Below are positions 26,633 through 41,300 of a stretch of DNA of 64,000 bases, piece by piece. Both the position numbers and the translations under genes were made by a program. Under the pieces are notes generated by a model, which made no database searches, was not told the DNA's origin, and worked only from the letters and a program-made list of their open reading frames with translations. This stretch comes from Paraspadella gotoi (Eukaryota > Animalia > Chaetognatha). Every line of letters begins with the position of its first letter. The first letter of the stretch is position 1. The stretch lies in NCBI GenBank assembly GCA_051294375.1, contig CM119269.1, positions 20,817,665-20,881,664 on the forward strand, read 5' to 3'.

Positions 26633-26948
26633 AACCCAATTCAATTTCCCACTCGCTTGATGCGTTTTCCGTTTTCAATCGGAACGAAAAAAAAAAAAAA
26701 CCTTCGGTAAAAAAATTACGAATTCCATTAGAAATCCGATGGAGGCCGAAAAAACAGAAGTCGAAAGGAAAAGTTTTTTTTTTTTTTGAAGAAAACTTAA
26801 AGAAAATTTAAGAAAAAAGATAAAGAAGGAAAAAAAAATCAAAGATTGAAAAATATTATAGAAAAACGGGAGAAAGGAAAGTGAAGACAGAATCATAAAA
26901 ATTTATTTTAAAATAAGAGAGAGAGAAGAGAGACGAGAGAGAGACGAG

Positions 26949-27000
<52 letters not shown>

Positions 27001-27548
27001 AGAGAGTTGATCATAAGAGTGGGAGTCTCATAGACGAAGGCAGATTTTGGATCATTTTTCACAAGGGAGTCAGTGGGTAATTGTGAGTGGATGTCCGAAA
27101 AGAGTCAGACGGAACGAGAAAGAAGAGGATGGGAAGAAGAAGAAGAAATGTCAAAATTTTCACCTGAGACGTTTATACAAATTAATGTTTCTCTTCGTGT
27201 ACACGTCGTCATCATATTTATCATCATCATCATCGTCATCGTCATCATCAATATCTCAATCACCATAGAAACCATCATCATTATCTCATATGATCAGCAC
27301 AATCATCTTCATCGCCATCACCATCAGCAACATCACCATCGTCGTCATCATCATCAGCATCATCGTCGTGATCATCGTCGTCGTCTTCGTAGTCGTTTTC
27401 CGAAAAGCCATAAACGCGGGGATTTATTTGAGCCCGGGTTGAAATAAGCGTTCGGAAGAAAAAGGAAGAAAAGACGAAGAGGAATAAAGAAAGGATGAGA
27501 AAGAAGAAAAGAAAGGGAAAGGAAAGTGAAGCAAAAGGGATCTTTGAA

Positions 27549-27855
27549 CCGACCGACCCCGACCGACCCGACCATCGACCCGAATACCCGACCGACCGAC
27601 CGACGACCGAGACCCGACCGACCGATACGACCGACCGACCGACCGACCGGACCGACACGACCGACTACCGAACCGGCGACCGACCGACCGACCGACGACC
27701 GACCGGACCGACCGACCGACCGCGACGCACCGACCGCGACCGACGACCGAGACGGACCGTCAAAGCCGACGACACCGACCGATCGACCGACCGACACGAC
27801 CGAACGACGAACGAACGACGACCGAACGAACGAACGAACGAACGAACGACGACAA
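27549..27855 (+). repeat. Imperfect (CCGA)n/(ACGA)n microsatellite
   Basis: Seen directly. Confidence 0.9.
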
Positions 27856-28439
27856 AACCGGATGCAACAAAAACCATTAAGAGAACAATAATACGTCACT
27901 ACCACAAAAAAAAAAAAATCTTTGTACGTACCGAAAATTAAGACGATGATATATAAATTTATTATTAGTTAAATAAAACGTGTGATGAAGTCGGGGCATC
28001 ATAAAGGGATAATTTTCTTTACTCGTGATCGAATATTTTACAGTGAACAAAGTAGGAGAAGAGAGGCTAATGCGTACTGTAGGAACTAGTCCAATAAAAA
28101 ACAAAAAAAAAAAAAAAAAAAAAAAGAAATGAAAAAGCTAAAAATTAATATTTTACAAAATAAGCTAATTTTGAGAGGCAAAAACAATTCTTGCGATGGA
28201 TTGTGGAAACGGAGAGAGCGTGCAGCCCGAGTAGATTGAGGAATTTGAGATCGAAAAATTGAAGCAATAATCGAAAACAACACACATTTCCTTCTGCTCT
28301 CTCTCTCTTCTCTCTCTCTCCTCTCTTCTCTTCTCTCTCTCTTCTCTCTCTCTCTCTCTGTTCTCTCTTCTTCTCTCTCTCTCTATCTTGCCATCGATCG
28401 AAGAAGATCAAGTCCGAATTCTAGAGTCGGCTCTCGATT

Positions 28440-31400
28440 TTTTTACCAAAAACATAACCAAAAAACAACAAAAAAAAGAAAAACATAATCTTCTGTGAAA
28501 CTTACCTACAAAAAACTCTATACATTGCGGTATAACACGAAAAAATTTAAAATATCGGCAAGCTGAACTCGGTTCCCACTGAAAATTGGTTGGTACAGAG
28601 GGTCAAAGGAAAAGAATTGCGCGAAACGACTGTGGAAACTAGCCAAACCCTGCACTCCGAAAATGAAATTAGAAGAAAGAATAAAAAATCTAAGTGAATT
28701 TCGTATTAATGATAAATATCAAAAAGAAAAACTGTTAAATGAACTGCAAAAAGCTAACTCGCCAGGGATACACGGGATAATATAGAAATTGAAAAATCTC
28801 AAGATATAATACGACTCGCCTGTATTTAGCGGACCCAGGAACCGAAAAGGCAGTGACAATCTTTAATCCAATAAGAAGCAAATCTCCTCGGCCAAAATCA
28901 GTTTCAAACGAGGATCACAATCAACAACAACTCAAAACTCAGTATCAACCAAAACTTTGCTGTAATTCTAAATAGCGATTGCCCGGAAGAGATAAAAGAA
29001 GTCGGAGACACAAAACTGGCTGAGTTCATAAAATCACAACTTTACAGGCAGTGGCGAAATCTCCGAAGTGAAACTTCTTAATCGAGGTGATTATTCTACG
29101 TTATTGCTAAAAAGTGATAAAGATTTCAACTCCATCCTTAAAATTTGAAAACTCGGGCCCTCCCAAACAACGTATAAAATTGTACCAAGTGTTGTCGGCC
29201 AACAAATTCTATCACGAGAACAAGTTTGTGTTAAAGATGTTAGACCACTGAGATCCACTGAAGAAGCCTTAAAAAAAGGAATTTGACGAGCAGGGAATTC
29301 CAACTGATTTGTTAAACGTATGAGCTCCACGCAAATTACTGCTGCTAACCCTCTTGGAATGTAAAGGTGGGACTGCAACAAAAACGAGCACTTTGAAAAG
29401 CTGATAAAAAGAAGGTTTCAAATTTCAAGCCCTTTTACAAAAAAGATTTAGAGTTTGACAATACAAAGTAAATGGACTTTCTTTCAGTGCTTTAAATGCC
29501 AAGGACTAGGACATGGCAGTCGCTCTTGCCTGGGGTCCTGGAAAATGAATTTGTCTTCGTTGTTTCTGGCAACCATAATTCACAGAGACTGTAAAGAGAT
29601 GCTCATTCACATGTGCAAACTGTGGTGGTCCTCATACATCTAGACTCGACAGAGTCTGTCAAGTACTCCAAAATGGCAACTAGAAGATTTTCAAAACAAG
29701 TTACATCTGGAAAGATAGATCTCAAACACAGTCTTACGCAGTCGATAACAAAGGAAAAGGAAAATGAGAGTAGAGTTTATGTTAACTAAAGCAAGATTTA
29801 ATGAATTTATTGCCTATTGGGTGTTCGGCCACATGTTCTCGCGAAAATTGAAAGAACTTTACAACTGATTCAATCACGGATACCAGAAATATGGGTATCT
29901 TGCTGACAATCTGGCGTCACGAAACCTTATAACTACAGAAGCCGGTGCCACTGAGAAAAAACTTTTTAATGCCACCAAGACAGCCGGAGAACAGACAACT
30001 GCAAAACAGTTTCAGTTCCCACAGAAAACTGTTTGACTACTGAATGTTCAGTAAAGGATACTGACTTGAAAACACCTTGTCAAACAAATGAATCAAACTA
30101 ACGAGGTGGGGGCGACACCCATCTGCCCGGCCATAGAAAGTTATGAAAACTCTTGAATTTAACAGCAAAAGTACAAGTTCAGACCATACCAAATAAAAGA
30201 ACGTCGGAAAGTATAGGTAGAGTTTCTTCCCCAGAAAGCCCAGTATCAAGTATAATCCCAGAAAAAACCCAAAAACCAAAAGGCAAGGCAGACAAAAGGG
30301 AAAAACATAAATCTTGACAAAGCACGAATTCCCAGTAAATCGATTATGGAAAGTTGAAATTAATTATCTTTACTGTCTTAGCCTAAAACACGAATTGGTA
30401 AACCAACAAGATTACATGAGTTAAAAAAATTAATTTGATGACATATCAAAAAACAAAAACATAATTTTAATCTTTAACGATTTTACGATCACCAAAGAAG
30501 AAGTCTCGAATTTTAAAAAACTTTAAATTTATTGTTCAAAAACAATTGCTTCTAACTCCAAACAGTAAAAAAGAAAAACAAAAAAAATTAGCAAGTGGGA
30601 GTCGGAATAGTTTCCCAAAAACCTATCTTTGAGAGAAACTTCGCAAACTGAAAAATACAATGAAGGTTTTTAATTTGTGGAAATTGTGAAGATAAAGCGA
30701 CTTTGAATTTAGAGATTGCCAACAATCTATATCATCCAAGCGAAAAGGATTTATACCCGATTCCTTTGTAAAAGACTTTTTTAAACACCAAACCAGATAA
30801 AGATTAATTTCGATCTTCAATGGAGAGATTTCAACTCGCCAAACAAATATTTTGGAAGTCGAACGACAAGTAGATCTGGTGAAGAAATTGACTGACAACA
30901 TATTTTAGTAAATTACGGCCTAGTTCCGTCTGTGCATGATGACCAATATGACTTACATAAGTAAAATACAGGGGAAGCAACATATCCTTGATTTTGTTCT
31001 GTGACGATAAAAGCATAGTCCATGTTTAAAGACTACAAAGTGTTGGGATGATGCGTGGACGGGAAGCGATCATTTGCCTTGTCTAACTAAGATCCGCAGA
31101 AAAGTTGTAATCCATGAAGTATAAATTAACAAATAATAATCAACTATGGAAAAAGTTTAAACACATTGTAGATGTAAGATTCAGAAAAATCCTAAAAAAT
31201 AAAGAAAAACTGGGAAAAAACTAAATCTTTGAGGAAAAAGTAAAATTTGACCAAAAACAATACATTTTTGCAAAGGAACAGTGTTCTCAAGAAAATTAAA
31301 ATTTAACAAAAGGGGGAAACTGGCAATCCTATCGCCAACAACTTGGAAGTTAATTAAAGAACGACGGAAACTGGCGTCAAGAGAAAAATATTAAGAGGTC

Positions 31401-33435
31401 TTAAAATTTAAAGAAAGTATCAATGATAACAGAGGCTTGGAGAAAAATATTTTAACCACGTCAGTCGAGAAGCTGAAAAAATCTTTATCCTTGCTTGAAG
31501 CATGAGAGCATGCCACGCGAAAATAAAAAATGAACAAAATCATCTGGCGAGAAAGAGACAGCGCGAAAAAAAGTGGTTCAAGATAAAGAATTAATTAATT
31601 GTGGAAAGGAAAATGGCAAATCTGATTGCATGCTAAAAAAAACCTGATGCACTCTTTTCAGAATCAAAAATTAGAAAATATGGAATATTAGCACAACAAG
31701 GATTGGAATCGCGTGCATTCTGAACCAGAACCTAATAATGAAAACAAATGGCATATTTGATCAGCGCTACAAAATTTTTAAGTTAGAAAAACAGCCAAAA
31801 ATTTTTAATGAAAAAAGAAGAAACTCAAACGCGAATTAAACTAAGTGACAAAATTGCAATGTAATTAAGTTAGTTCAAATAATTAGGAATCTTAAAAAAG
31901 CTAAAATCCAGCCCCAGGAAAAGATGGAATCACCCCACAAATTCATGAAAACTTACCTCTCTCAGCAAAGGTGATTCTCAGTGATATCATGCGAGAATGT
32001 CTAGACAAAAGTATATTTCCTAAACTCTGGAAACATTCAAATCTTCGAATGCCTCCCAAAACCCGGAAAAGATCTGACAGATCCAAAAAAGCTACCGACC
32101 GAATAAGTCTGATCTCAGTAGTTGCGAAAATATTAGAAAGATTTAAGTAAAAGAAAAACCTTGAACCGAGTGTACAAAAGAATTAAAAATGCTATGTGCC
32201 CGATGCAAGCTGCATACAAGAAGGTAGATCTGCCACCAAGAAAAATGTCCTCAGGCTTAGTGGAAGACATTATACTGCGCTTCAGAAAAAGATACTGCAC
32301 CATTCGGTTGTTGCATTGCGACTTCTTCTGTTGCCTTTAATTCGACTGTGGAGCAATGGATTAATCGTACCAAAATGCATGGAAAAAGGATATCCACTAA
32401 AATCTACTCAAAAATGATCAGTTCATACCTCCTAGGACAGATTCCATGAATATTGTTGATGGAGATCCTTTGTTCTTAGAACCGGTCATGCTAAAAAAAA
32501 GGTGGCTTCCACAAGGAGGAATATTGAGTCCTGGATTTATTTACGCTTATGTAGACGATTTGCCAGTCCCTCATGATGTAAAAGGAAGCGGAGCGAAATA
32601 CGCTGACGATACGTCACTCTGGGCTGAAGGAAAAACCCCAAAGAAGCGTGGAAATCCTGCAACCAAGATAGAGAAGTAGTGAAATGGCTGTTCAACTTGG
32701 CAACTTCAGTTTGTCTCGCGGAAAATCACTAATGGACACTCTCACTCGATGCCCCAGTCACCAAAAAAAGACTATGATTTTCAGTTAAATTTGGGGGCAA
32801 TAAAGAAGTTTAGTTTTCGAAAGAAAACTCAGGGCTCTTTAGGCATTGACATAGATGGAAAAGTTAATGTGCGACTGGATTCATTGCATGATCTGCTAAA
32901 TAAATTTCAAAAGCAAAATGTTTAATTGATAAATCGAATGTCTTAAAATTTAAAAAGAATATGCATAGTGGATGAAAACTGATAACACTGTTTATTTCAA
33001 AGGGCCTGTTCGTGTCTGTCTTAAACTATTCCAGTCTGGGGTATGGATACAACAAACAAGTATCAATGGGAAAAATTTGCGGAAAAAAAACTAAATTTAA
33101 GAGCCCTAAAAACCTTTTTAAAAACTGCCCTATGCATATCTCCTCTTCAAAATTTGTGTATCGCATGCAGCAGGTACAACAGAAATGAAAGGACAAGATT
33201 GAGAAAAGAGCAGATGAAGAGAATAATTGACAGTGACCAAAAGCGAAATGAAATGTTTGAAAGGACATGTTACACAAACATTAGAGAACGACAAAATCGG
33301 AAACACACACATATCACCAATGAAACTGCTGCTTATGAGAAAACTGAATGCGGACAACATCTGCCTTAGCTCTTCTGGATTTTGACTGTCATTGCGAGTC
33401 TGAAGTCTTTTTTTTTGTTTGTTTGTTTGTTTTTC
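28440..33435 (+). mobile_element. Decayed non-LTR retrotransposon (LINE, I/Jockey-like): ORF1 gag knuckles plus ORF2 APE-RT
   Basis: ORF1 knuckles QCFKCQGLGHGSRSC (~29485-29530) and CANCGGPH (~29612). APE motifs GDFNS (~30822) and GSDHLPCL (~31062). RT motifs APGKDGI (~31911), FPKLWK, (Y)RPISLISVVAKILE (~32093-32140), LPQGGILSP (~32506) and YADD (32599). Many frameshifts; ends approximate. Confidence 0.92.
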
Positions 33436-33711
33436 CGCTCAATATTACTTGGTTGATTGAATTGATTTCAATTTTTCTTAATTTTTTTTTTTAAAAAAAA
33501 ACTTGGTTTTTTCCATAATCACGTTCATAACGTTTCTTTAACAGTCATGTAGCTCTTTAAATCTTTTTTAGTTAATTTTTGATTAATTTTTTCCTTTTTT
33601 TTAGTATCACGTACTAACAATTTTGAAAAGTCTGTACATAGCTTCTTAAAATTTGGATTTTCACGTTTCTTCTCCTCCTGCTTCTCTCTCTCTCTCCTCT
33701 TCTCTCTCTCT

Positions 33712-33767
<56 letters not shown>

Positions 33768-34479
33768 TATCTCTCCCTCTGAATGAAAAGATCAAAGTCT
33801 CGAATTCGCTGAGTCGGGCGAATCTCGATTTCCGAGGGAAACGGAGCGAGGCTCGTTCCCTGGCAACGAATCACGCGCGAGGCAAAAGGAGAAAAACTAA
33901 AGAGAAAAAGTCGGGGAGCACATCTACGTTTGAAAGAAGAGTTAATCTGTTGGGATGGAGGGGAGATGAAAATAGGAGAAAATATAAGGTGTGTTCCGTT
34001 AAAATATGATTGAAAAGGTCGTACAAAATATTGAAAAAAAGACTCAATTCACGAAAAGGTGAGAAAAGAAGGAATTAAAAATTAAAGCCACAATTAAAGA
34101 GAAACAAAAAGTTGGCTGTCATCAGCAAAAAATAAGAAGGAGGGCCGGAAGAGAAAAGGATAAACTTTGACAATTCTTTTCCCTTCTTGTTTCATAACTA
34201 AATCAAATATTTTTTCTGTTTTTCGCATTGACCGCGGGCTCGGACTTGATTTTCGGATAAAAATTTTTTTTAATTATAAAGAAATTACAGATAAATTTGT
34301 TATATTAGTTGTTACGAGAAACGAACTGTTTTATAATAAGTAAGCACATATAGCGATATCTGCCGATTGTCCCGGGTCACTTGCGCTCTTCTCTTCTCTC
34401 TCTTTCTCTCTCTCCTCTCTCTCTCTCCTCTCTCTCTCTCTCCTCTCTCTCTACTCTCTCTCTATCTCTCTCTCTCTCA

Positions 34480-34523
<44 letters not shown>

Positions 34524-34674
34524 CTCTCTGTCACTTATCCTTTATGCCTCACAATGTGCGCCTACATATTTGCCCAAAAATATATCCGCTTCGACGAAAG
34601 ATTTTTTTTTCTCTTCTCATCTTCCCTCAACCAAATTTCTCTCCTTTTTTTCTCTCTCCATTTCTCTTTTTCAG

Positions 34675-34802
34675 CTTCTGCGGCCAGAGATAATTGAGAC
34701 GAACAACAACGACGACAGACGCGCGACGACGACGATCCGACGCGACGACGACGACGAGCCCCTGGGAAAGGCTTGTCAACGCCTCCGTTTCTCCGAAGTG
34801 AG
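34675..34802 (+). pseudogene. Indel-damaged duplicate of GPCR exon 1
   Basis: Same acceptor (ttttcag|cttctg), GAC/ACG repeat, ...gtcaacgcctccg...gaagtgag|gtgagt; the ATG is disrupted (aattgaga). Confidence 0.75.
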
Positions 34803-35116
34803 GTGAGTGACCCTCCAGGGTAAAGTTGATCTTTTTCGTTTTTCTTTCAGCTGCGGACCCGAACGAAACTTAAGGTATTCTTTCGTGACTTGAGACCGTC
34901 TCTTTTTCCTCTCACTTCTCTCTCTCCTCTTCCCTCTCTCTGCTCTCTCTCTTCTCTCTCTCTCTTCTCTCTTCTCTCTTCTGTCTTCTTTTCAACTTGT
35001 TCTTTTTTTTTGAAAAAAAATTGGCAGCGAGATTCTTCATCAAATTGCCGAGTGACGGAGTTCAAGTGATCTCCTTCCATCCTCTCCTTCTCTCTCCTTC
35101 TCCATCCTCTTCTTTC

Positions 35117-35192
<76 letters not shown>

Positions 35193-36661
35193 CTCTCCCT
35201 CCCTCTCCTCTCTTCTCCGGCTGGAAATGGCTCGAAATGGCTTTGGGCTCGCCACTTGCCTCTTTCCGTCCACCTTGGCGCAAATTCACGTTGATCTTTC
35301 GACCTCGTACCCCTGCAAAGATGAACTCGGGTTCACTCTCACGTCGGGCGGCGTTTCCGAGTTACGAGCTGTAAAGCGTTGAGAGAGAGAGGGGCGGAAA
35401 GAAGGAAACAACTCGAGCTGAGTTAATAGACCAGGAAGTACATTCGTACAAAGGAAGAGAGAAAGGAAAACAGAAAAGGAGACTTCGCGTTCCTTCAATA
35501 ACCAGGATTTCAAAATGGATTGAAATGAAAGGATTCAAAGATTGTGTGCCCTAAATCATTTGTTAATAGGCAACTTCATTTTTGCACCCTTGGTGAAAAA
35601 ATCGCTGACGTTTTTAGATTTCAAATCCCATAGTCCAGCTTGTACTTTCTTAGTTATGTGCTCGATTCATGGCCATAATCTGAATTTCAAAAAAGCAATT
35701 TTTTTTTGCATTTGAATACAACCTTCCTTTATAAGATATATTTTTTATGAAAAAAATGAAATGGGTTTGATAATTTTGGTTCATCTAACAGATGAGACAT
35801 AGGGAAGTATGTGTTTGAGCAGTCTGAATGTTCAGCAAAAACATTTTCACAACCACAATGACAGTCTTTTTCATTTTATAGTTTTTCTAGTTAAAACTTT
35901 ATTAGGGAAATAACATATTTTCGCGCGTTTAAAAAAAAAATTCCAAAAGAACAGATGATTTGGACAAGGCCTCTTGACCTAAACTAAACCTACAAATATA
36001 TCAATACAAATTTTTTTGCATTGCTCTCAAGACATTATGCTAAATAATGAATGATAAAGGAATTAAATATTCGTCTCAATTTTTTTTTTACCAATGAGTC
36101 AATGAGTGATGGTCAAATAACGCACCAGTTTGCTGTCATGTAAGTTTTATTCAGTTTGCCCTTCATAGAACCATAAAACGTCAACTAATGAAATAAAACA
36201 AATATTAAGTGATTTCAGTTAAGAAGCTATAACAACTCTTTTCATTTTACTCCTATTTGACCCATTGTCCAATATTAACTTCACTTCCAATACAGTTAAT
36301 TCCAAGAACTTACCAAAAAAATGCTTCTTCGCAGTTAAAATTGGCCCGCAACTGGTTTCGATAAATGGTTCGCGAAACAAAAATCGCTTTAGAGGCCCCG
36401 CTGATTTTTTACGGTGTGTTTTTCACTTTATGAAACGTACAGTGCACTTGAACTTTGGGTTTAAAATGTTAAAAGTTGGGAAATGTCAATTATCAATTGT
36501 CAATTGTTAAAACAATACAAAAATTGGATTCTGATCCGCAGCGTCTAAAAGTATCTATTGAAACAGTTCTATAAAAATATTGATCGGTTTAAGGTTTGCC
36601 CTGTAAACTTAATTGTACCCGGGAAATGAAAAGCTATTCGAGAAAATGGGGAAAGTGGGAG

Positions 36662-36714
<53 letters not shown>

Positions 36715-37503
36715 CAGAGAGAGGAGAGCAGAGAGAGAGAGAGAGAGAGAGACATCTTGGCGCCGATAACTTGCCGACCAATCGAGTTTGGAGGGAAAAT
36801 ATTAGGGTTTGGATCACGAAAAGTATTTCAAAATTTTTGAATACTTCTCTATATTCAACTTCAATTGATACACACAAACTAATTTCTCAATTTTCCTAGG
36901 ATTTTTTTATTTTATTTTTCCCCAAACTTCGCCCACGTTTTCCATTTTCCTTCGGCACTTTCGCGTTTTCGACCTTTTAGTTATTTCCTTTTCTTTCTTC
37001 TCTCATTTTCTTGTTTCCACCAAAAATTTTCTTCTGCTCTCCGACTCAATTTCTCTTTTCATTTCCCTTTCCACTTTTTTTCTTCCTTCCTTCTCCCTCT
37101 TTTCTTTCCTCGACTTTCGCCGCTTCCATCTAAAAAACTTCGCGGGGAGAGGGAAGAGCGGGAAAGGCGGCCGGGGATATTCGTCGTCGTCTTGTCGTCG
37201 TCGTCCGCTTCATCGTTTCCGCCAGTCATCGTCGTCGTCCTCATTGCCAAGCTGTGCAATCGCCAATTAAGCGCATCGAGATTTTAAACTAACCGAGACA
37301 TTGTGGCCCGTTGCGAGTCACGCGCAGTGCGAAATAACGACTGTGCGATATCGATGTTAGATGAGTTGATGACGACGACGACGACGACTATGAGGAAGAC
37401 GAACCGCAGCGCCGACGTATGACAATGAAAGGCGAAGAGGGACGTGGACGAAAAAAAAGATCGCTTGCCTCTACCAATTAGCCGGTCATTTGCTTTCTCT
37501 CTC

Positions 37504-37553
<50 letters not shown>

Positions 37554-37573
37554 CTTCTCTTACTCTTCTCGAC

Positions 37574-37643
<70 letters not shown>

Positions 37644-37706
37644 TCTCTACTCTCTCTTCTCTTTCTCTCCTCTCTCTTCCTCTCTCTCTCTCTCTCTTCT
37701 TCTCTT

Positions 37707-37755
<49 letters not shown>

Positions 37756-38295
37756 TCTCTCTTTCTTTCATTTCTCTCTCTCTCTCTTCTCTCTCTTCTC
37801 TCTCTCTCTCTCTCTCCTCTCTCCTCTCTCTCTCTCTTCTCATCTCCATGACGAAAAAAGAAGAATCGTGCTGATTTTAATTTCTTCCCAGTTTTGATTG
37901 TCGCTTCGTTTTTTCCTTTTGATATTGCTCCATTTCCGCATTCCGCAGTTTTTTTTTCTTTTTTCTTTCTTTTTTTTTTTCTGTCCACTGGATAAGGAAC
38001 GTAAATCGCTGGCCTTGTCTTCCATGACCATTCGCATCTGCCTCCTCTTTCCCAATTCCGTCACTTAATAATTGCCGACTAATTAATGGGATTTTTTTTT
38101 TACCTTTCAGCTCAGCAGTTCTCACTTATCTTGACTTTGATTGGAGAAAGAGAAAAATCGAAATGTTTTTGGTCACTCATAACTTTCGCGGGGGCACGAA
38201 TGTACACTCTTTATAATCAAAATAATATTATTTTTGTTTCGGTTAATGATATATTTGATTAAAATACTTGATCAAGAACTAGTAGGTTTAACGGT

Positions 38296-38332
38296 TGCAT
38301 TGAAGACTCCCACTGCAGAGTCGAAACATGTA
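38296..38332 (+). ncRNA. Degenerate minimal hammerhead motif (duplicate of the 51.3 kb copy)
   Basis: tgcattgaa-GACTC-ccactgca-GAGTC-GAAACATGTA; the CTGATGA box is damaged. Confidence 0.45.
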
Positions 38333-41300
38333 CGTATCTCTTCTCTTGNNNNNNNNNNNNNNNNNNNNNNNNNTAAAGATTTTTCGTAAGGTTCAGCAGA
38401 TCCTACCTGTATATAAAGTTGCAGTAAAAAATTTGTTTCCTCAAGTGATCATACCTGCATGAATTTTAAGAAAAAATAATACGAAAAGCAAGCATGACAT
38501 CAACTTCTTTAAATTCGACTCATAGATGTGTTTAAATCTTGTTTATCAGTTTTTGCGGGTCAGACATGTGGAAATAATGGGTGGAAACGAGCCTGTAATA
38601 AGCTGGTTCAAGCCAATAATTACTTACGTATATTTTAATTATTTAGAATACTAACTAATAACATAACACAGAATTCTTAATGTGACAGTGACCTAGTTGA
38701 CCATTTGGACTAAAACCCTCGTGTAACTGAGAGTTTTAAACGCGTGTCTCAGAATATAAATATCAGATTTCGTTATAATCAGAAAAAAGAAATCGACGTT
38801 TGTTGGCGTATTCGTGACCTATCCAATACCCTTTTCATCATCTTTACATTAATTAATCATCTTTAAGGGTTTCTTAACAATAGCTATATTGTATTATTAT
38901 TATTATAGCTGTTAGGCTACTATTAGGATATATTGTTTGTTTGACGGTGTCTATAGTTATAGTTATATTCGTAATCGATGTAAGTAGCTATCATGGATAT
39001 GTTATAAAGTTATTTGATCGTTGCTGTGGATTGTTAAGATATTGTCATTTTTTGATTAATATGATTATGTTGTAGTTGTTTGTTGCAATACTTGCATACA
39101 CCAATTTAGACCATTTCTATTATGATCAGTGAAAAAAAAGAGATAAAAATTTAATAGTAAAATTTAAAAAAAGTTGATTTTTTTTTTCGTTTTAATTTAT
39201 TCTTCACTGTCAATAATTCCTATCCAATATTTTTCCAGTTTTATTATACCACTGTCTACAACACATAAAAATTTGCAGCTTCTAAAACTGTTCTATTCCA
39301 ATCATTATAAAAAGGAATGAGGACGGACGTGACCGGACCAAACGGTCAAAGAGACTTATCGACTTACATTCGTTTTATTTTTGTATAATATTTCATAATT
39401 CAATTGTTCCAGGAGTGTTGGCCGACTAAATATTGGCTCGACTGAAGACCGACTCGAAGTGAATAACATATATTTTAATCCTACTATAAAAAATAAAGTT
39501 TCCCGGTTTATATTATCGTAAGTAGAGTTTTCTCCTTTTTGGGAGACGTATAAAAGTTAATTTGGGTTATTTTTTAAAAAATAAATTCTTGATGCAAAAC
39601 CCCTTTCCAATTATTGAATTATTTCGTCTATTTCCTTTAGGCTTCATTTCCTATAATTTGCATTTCATTCATTTATAAAACCTTAAATAATATGCAAACA
39701 AAATTGTTTTTAATATTTCTATGTCATTATGTCTGTGTCAGAGCGGAAATTATCTATTGTGTCAATGAGATAAATATGAACCCCGAGACAGGTCTTAATT
39801 GATAATGCAGGTATTGATTATGTATAATGTGTAATAGTATGAAATATGGAGTCCTTAATCCCAATAAGCCTGTCTAAATAACTCCGCGGGCAAAAAGTTG
39901 TTCCGACTTGGTCTCTTAGAATCCCGAGAAAACATTGGCATTTCGAAAATGAAGCATTAGCGCTCACTGCGTTGTTATCGGCCTTATTAAAGGTCGATTA
40001 ACAGCTTATTGATTTAATAAAGGCATAAATTTTATATGGCTCTGTTACTGTCTTTTCCTTTAACCCGAAAAAATAGTTTAACCAGAATTTACTATTAATC
40101 ACTGAAAGAATGAATAAGTGTACATAACTTAACTAATATAATAATCTGCGGCAAGTTTTCTATCAACCATTCGAAGCTCGAACTGTTTTTATAAGACAGA
40201 AAAATATTTCTGATGACTTTTAGCTACAATATCAATTTTTTCTTTGAGCTTTTGAACCTTAACTTTTATATTAAAAAAATTTACGATAAAAATAATTTCG
40301 CGTCATTTACTTTTCGGGTTTTTTTTTTTTTATAAAAAGGCAATACAATACATTAATATCACACACCAAAAACAATGAAATAAGAGTCCGACGCTATTAA
40401 TATTTTGTTTTCACAAGCATTACAGAAGTTTTCAAAAATATATTTTGATTTAATATAATAAATTTTTCGCCAGTCATATCCCCTTCCTACAGTTAATATT
40501 TTTTCATTTTTCCCTTGTATTTTGCATTTCGAACTTTTTTTTTTTTTTTATTTAATGGAAACAATGCGTTTCTTCTCCTTATTAAAAGTTTTTTTGAGTT
40601 TTTAAATTCTTTTTGCTGAATGTTATTCACCAAAAAGTGGACGGAAACCGTTGAAATTTTCGTTGGGAAGAATTCAAAACAAAGGATTTGTTCATGCCTC
40701 TTATCATAAATAGGGTTTTCGCCTTCTCCCATGAGAGTTATTATGGACCTCTACTGGCCAGGGTCGGACGTGGAAGATCACCGCGACCTTCGTATGTGTA
40801 TGATGTTGACAGCACAGGCCAAGATGATATCATATGGCTCTCGTGATGATAACGGAACGACAATCCAAGCACCTCGTTTTTAGACTTTTTTTTTTTATGT
40901 TATAAAGTGGATCCTCATCAAATTGATCATTTACAGAGTATATAAAACATTAAATCGGTCTATCGTTTATTGAACATCACGAATTTTTGGGATAAAAGTG
41001 TATAATGATAGAGTAAATATTGATAGCTGCAACACAGGCAATTCTTGAGTATATGCAGCCAATCTTTATTCAGAATGGCATGTAAACTTAAAAGCATGAG
41101 GATCACAACCGCACAGTCTTTTGTTACCCATTGCGCAGAATGGAGAAAACAGAGAACCAGTTGTAAATTTTCAGCATGAGCTAATCAAGGCAAAGAAAGT
41201 TTTTATTGAGCTATTCAATTGTTCTCAAAGAAGAGTGAAAGAAAAGTTCTCTTAATGATCTTCTTTAATATCATTTTGGTTTGAATATCTTGACAATCAT

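Larger units (their letters stand above)
33660..38340 (+). repeat. Segmental duplicate, copy 1 (plus 28060-28440 left of the LINE), of 45048-51350
   Basis: Collinear near-identity throughout, e.g. 33781 vs 45445, 34800 vs 46946, 35965 vs 48100/49350, 38325 vs 51340. Ends at the 25-N gap. Confidence 0.93.

Noticed and set aside
27372-27941. Arg/Pro/Thr/Asp-rich ORFs
   Set aside because: Translation of the (CCGA)n microsatellite.
37444-37988. SLSL/RERE ORFs here and throughout the window
   Set aside because: (CT)n/(GA)n artefacts.
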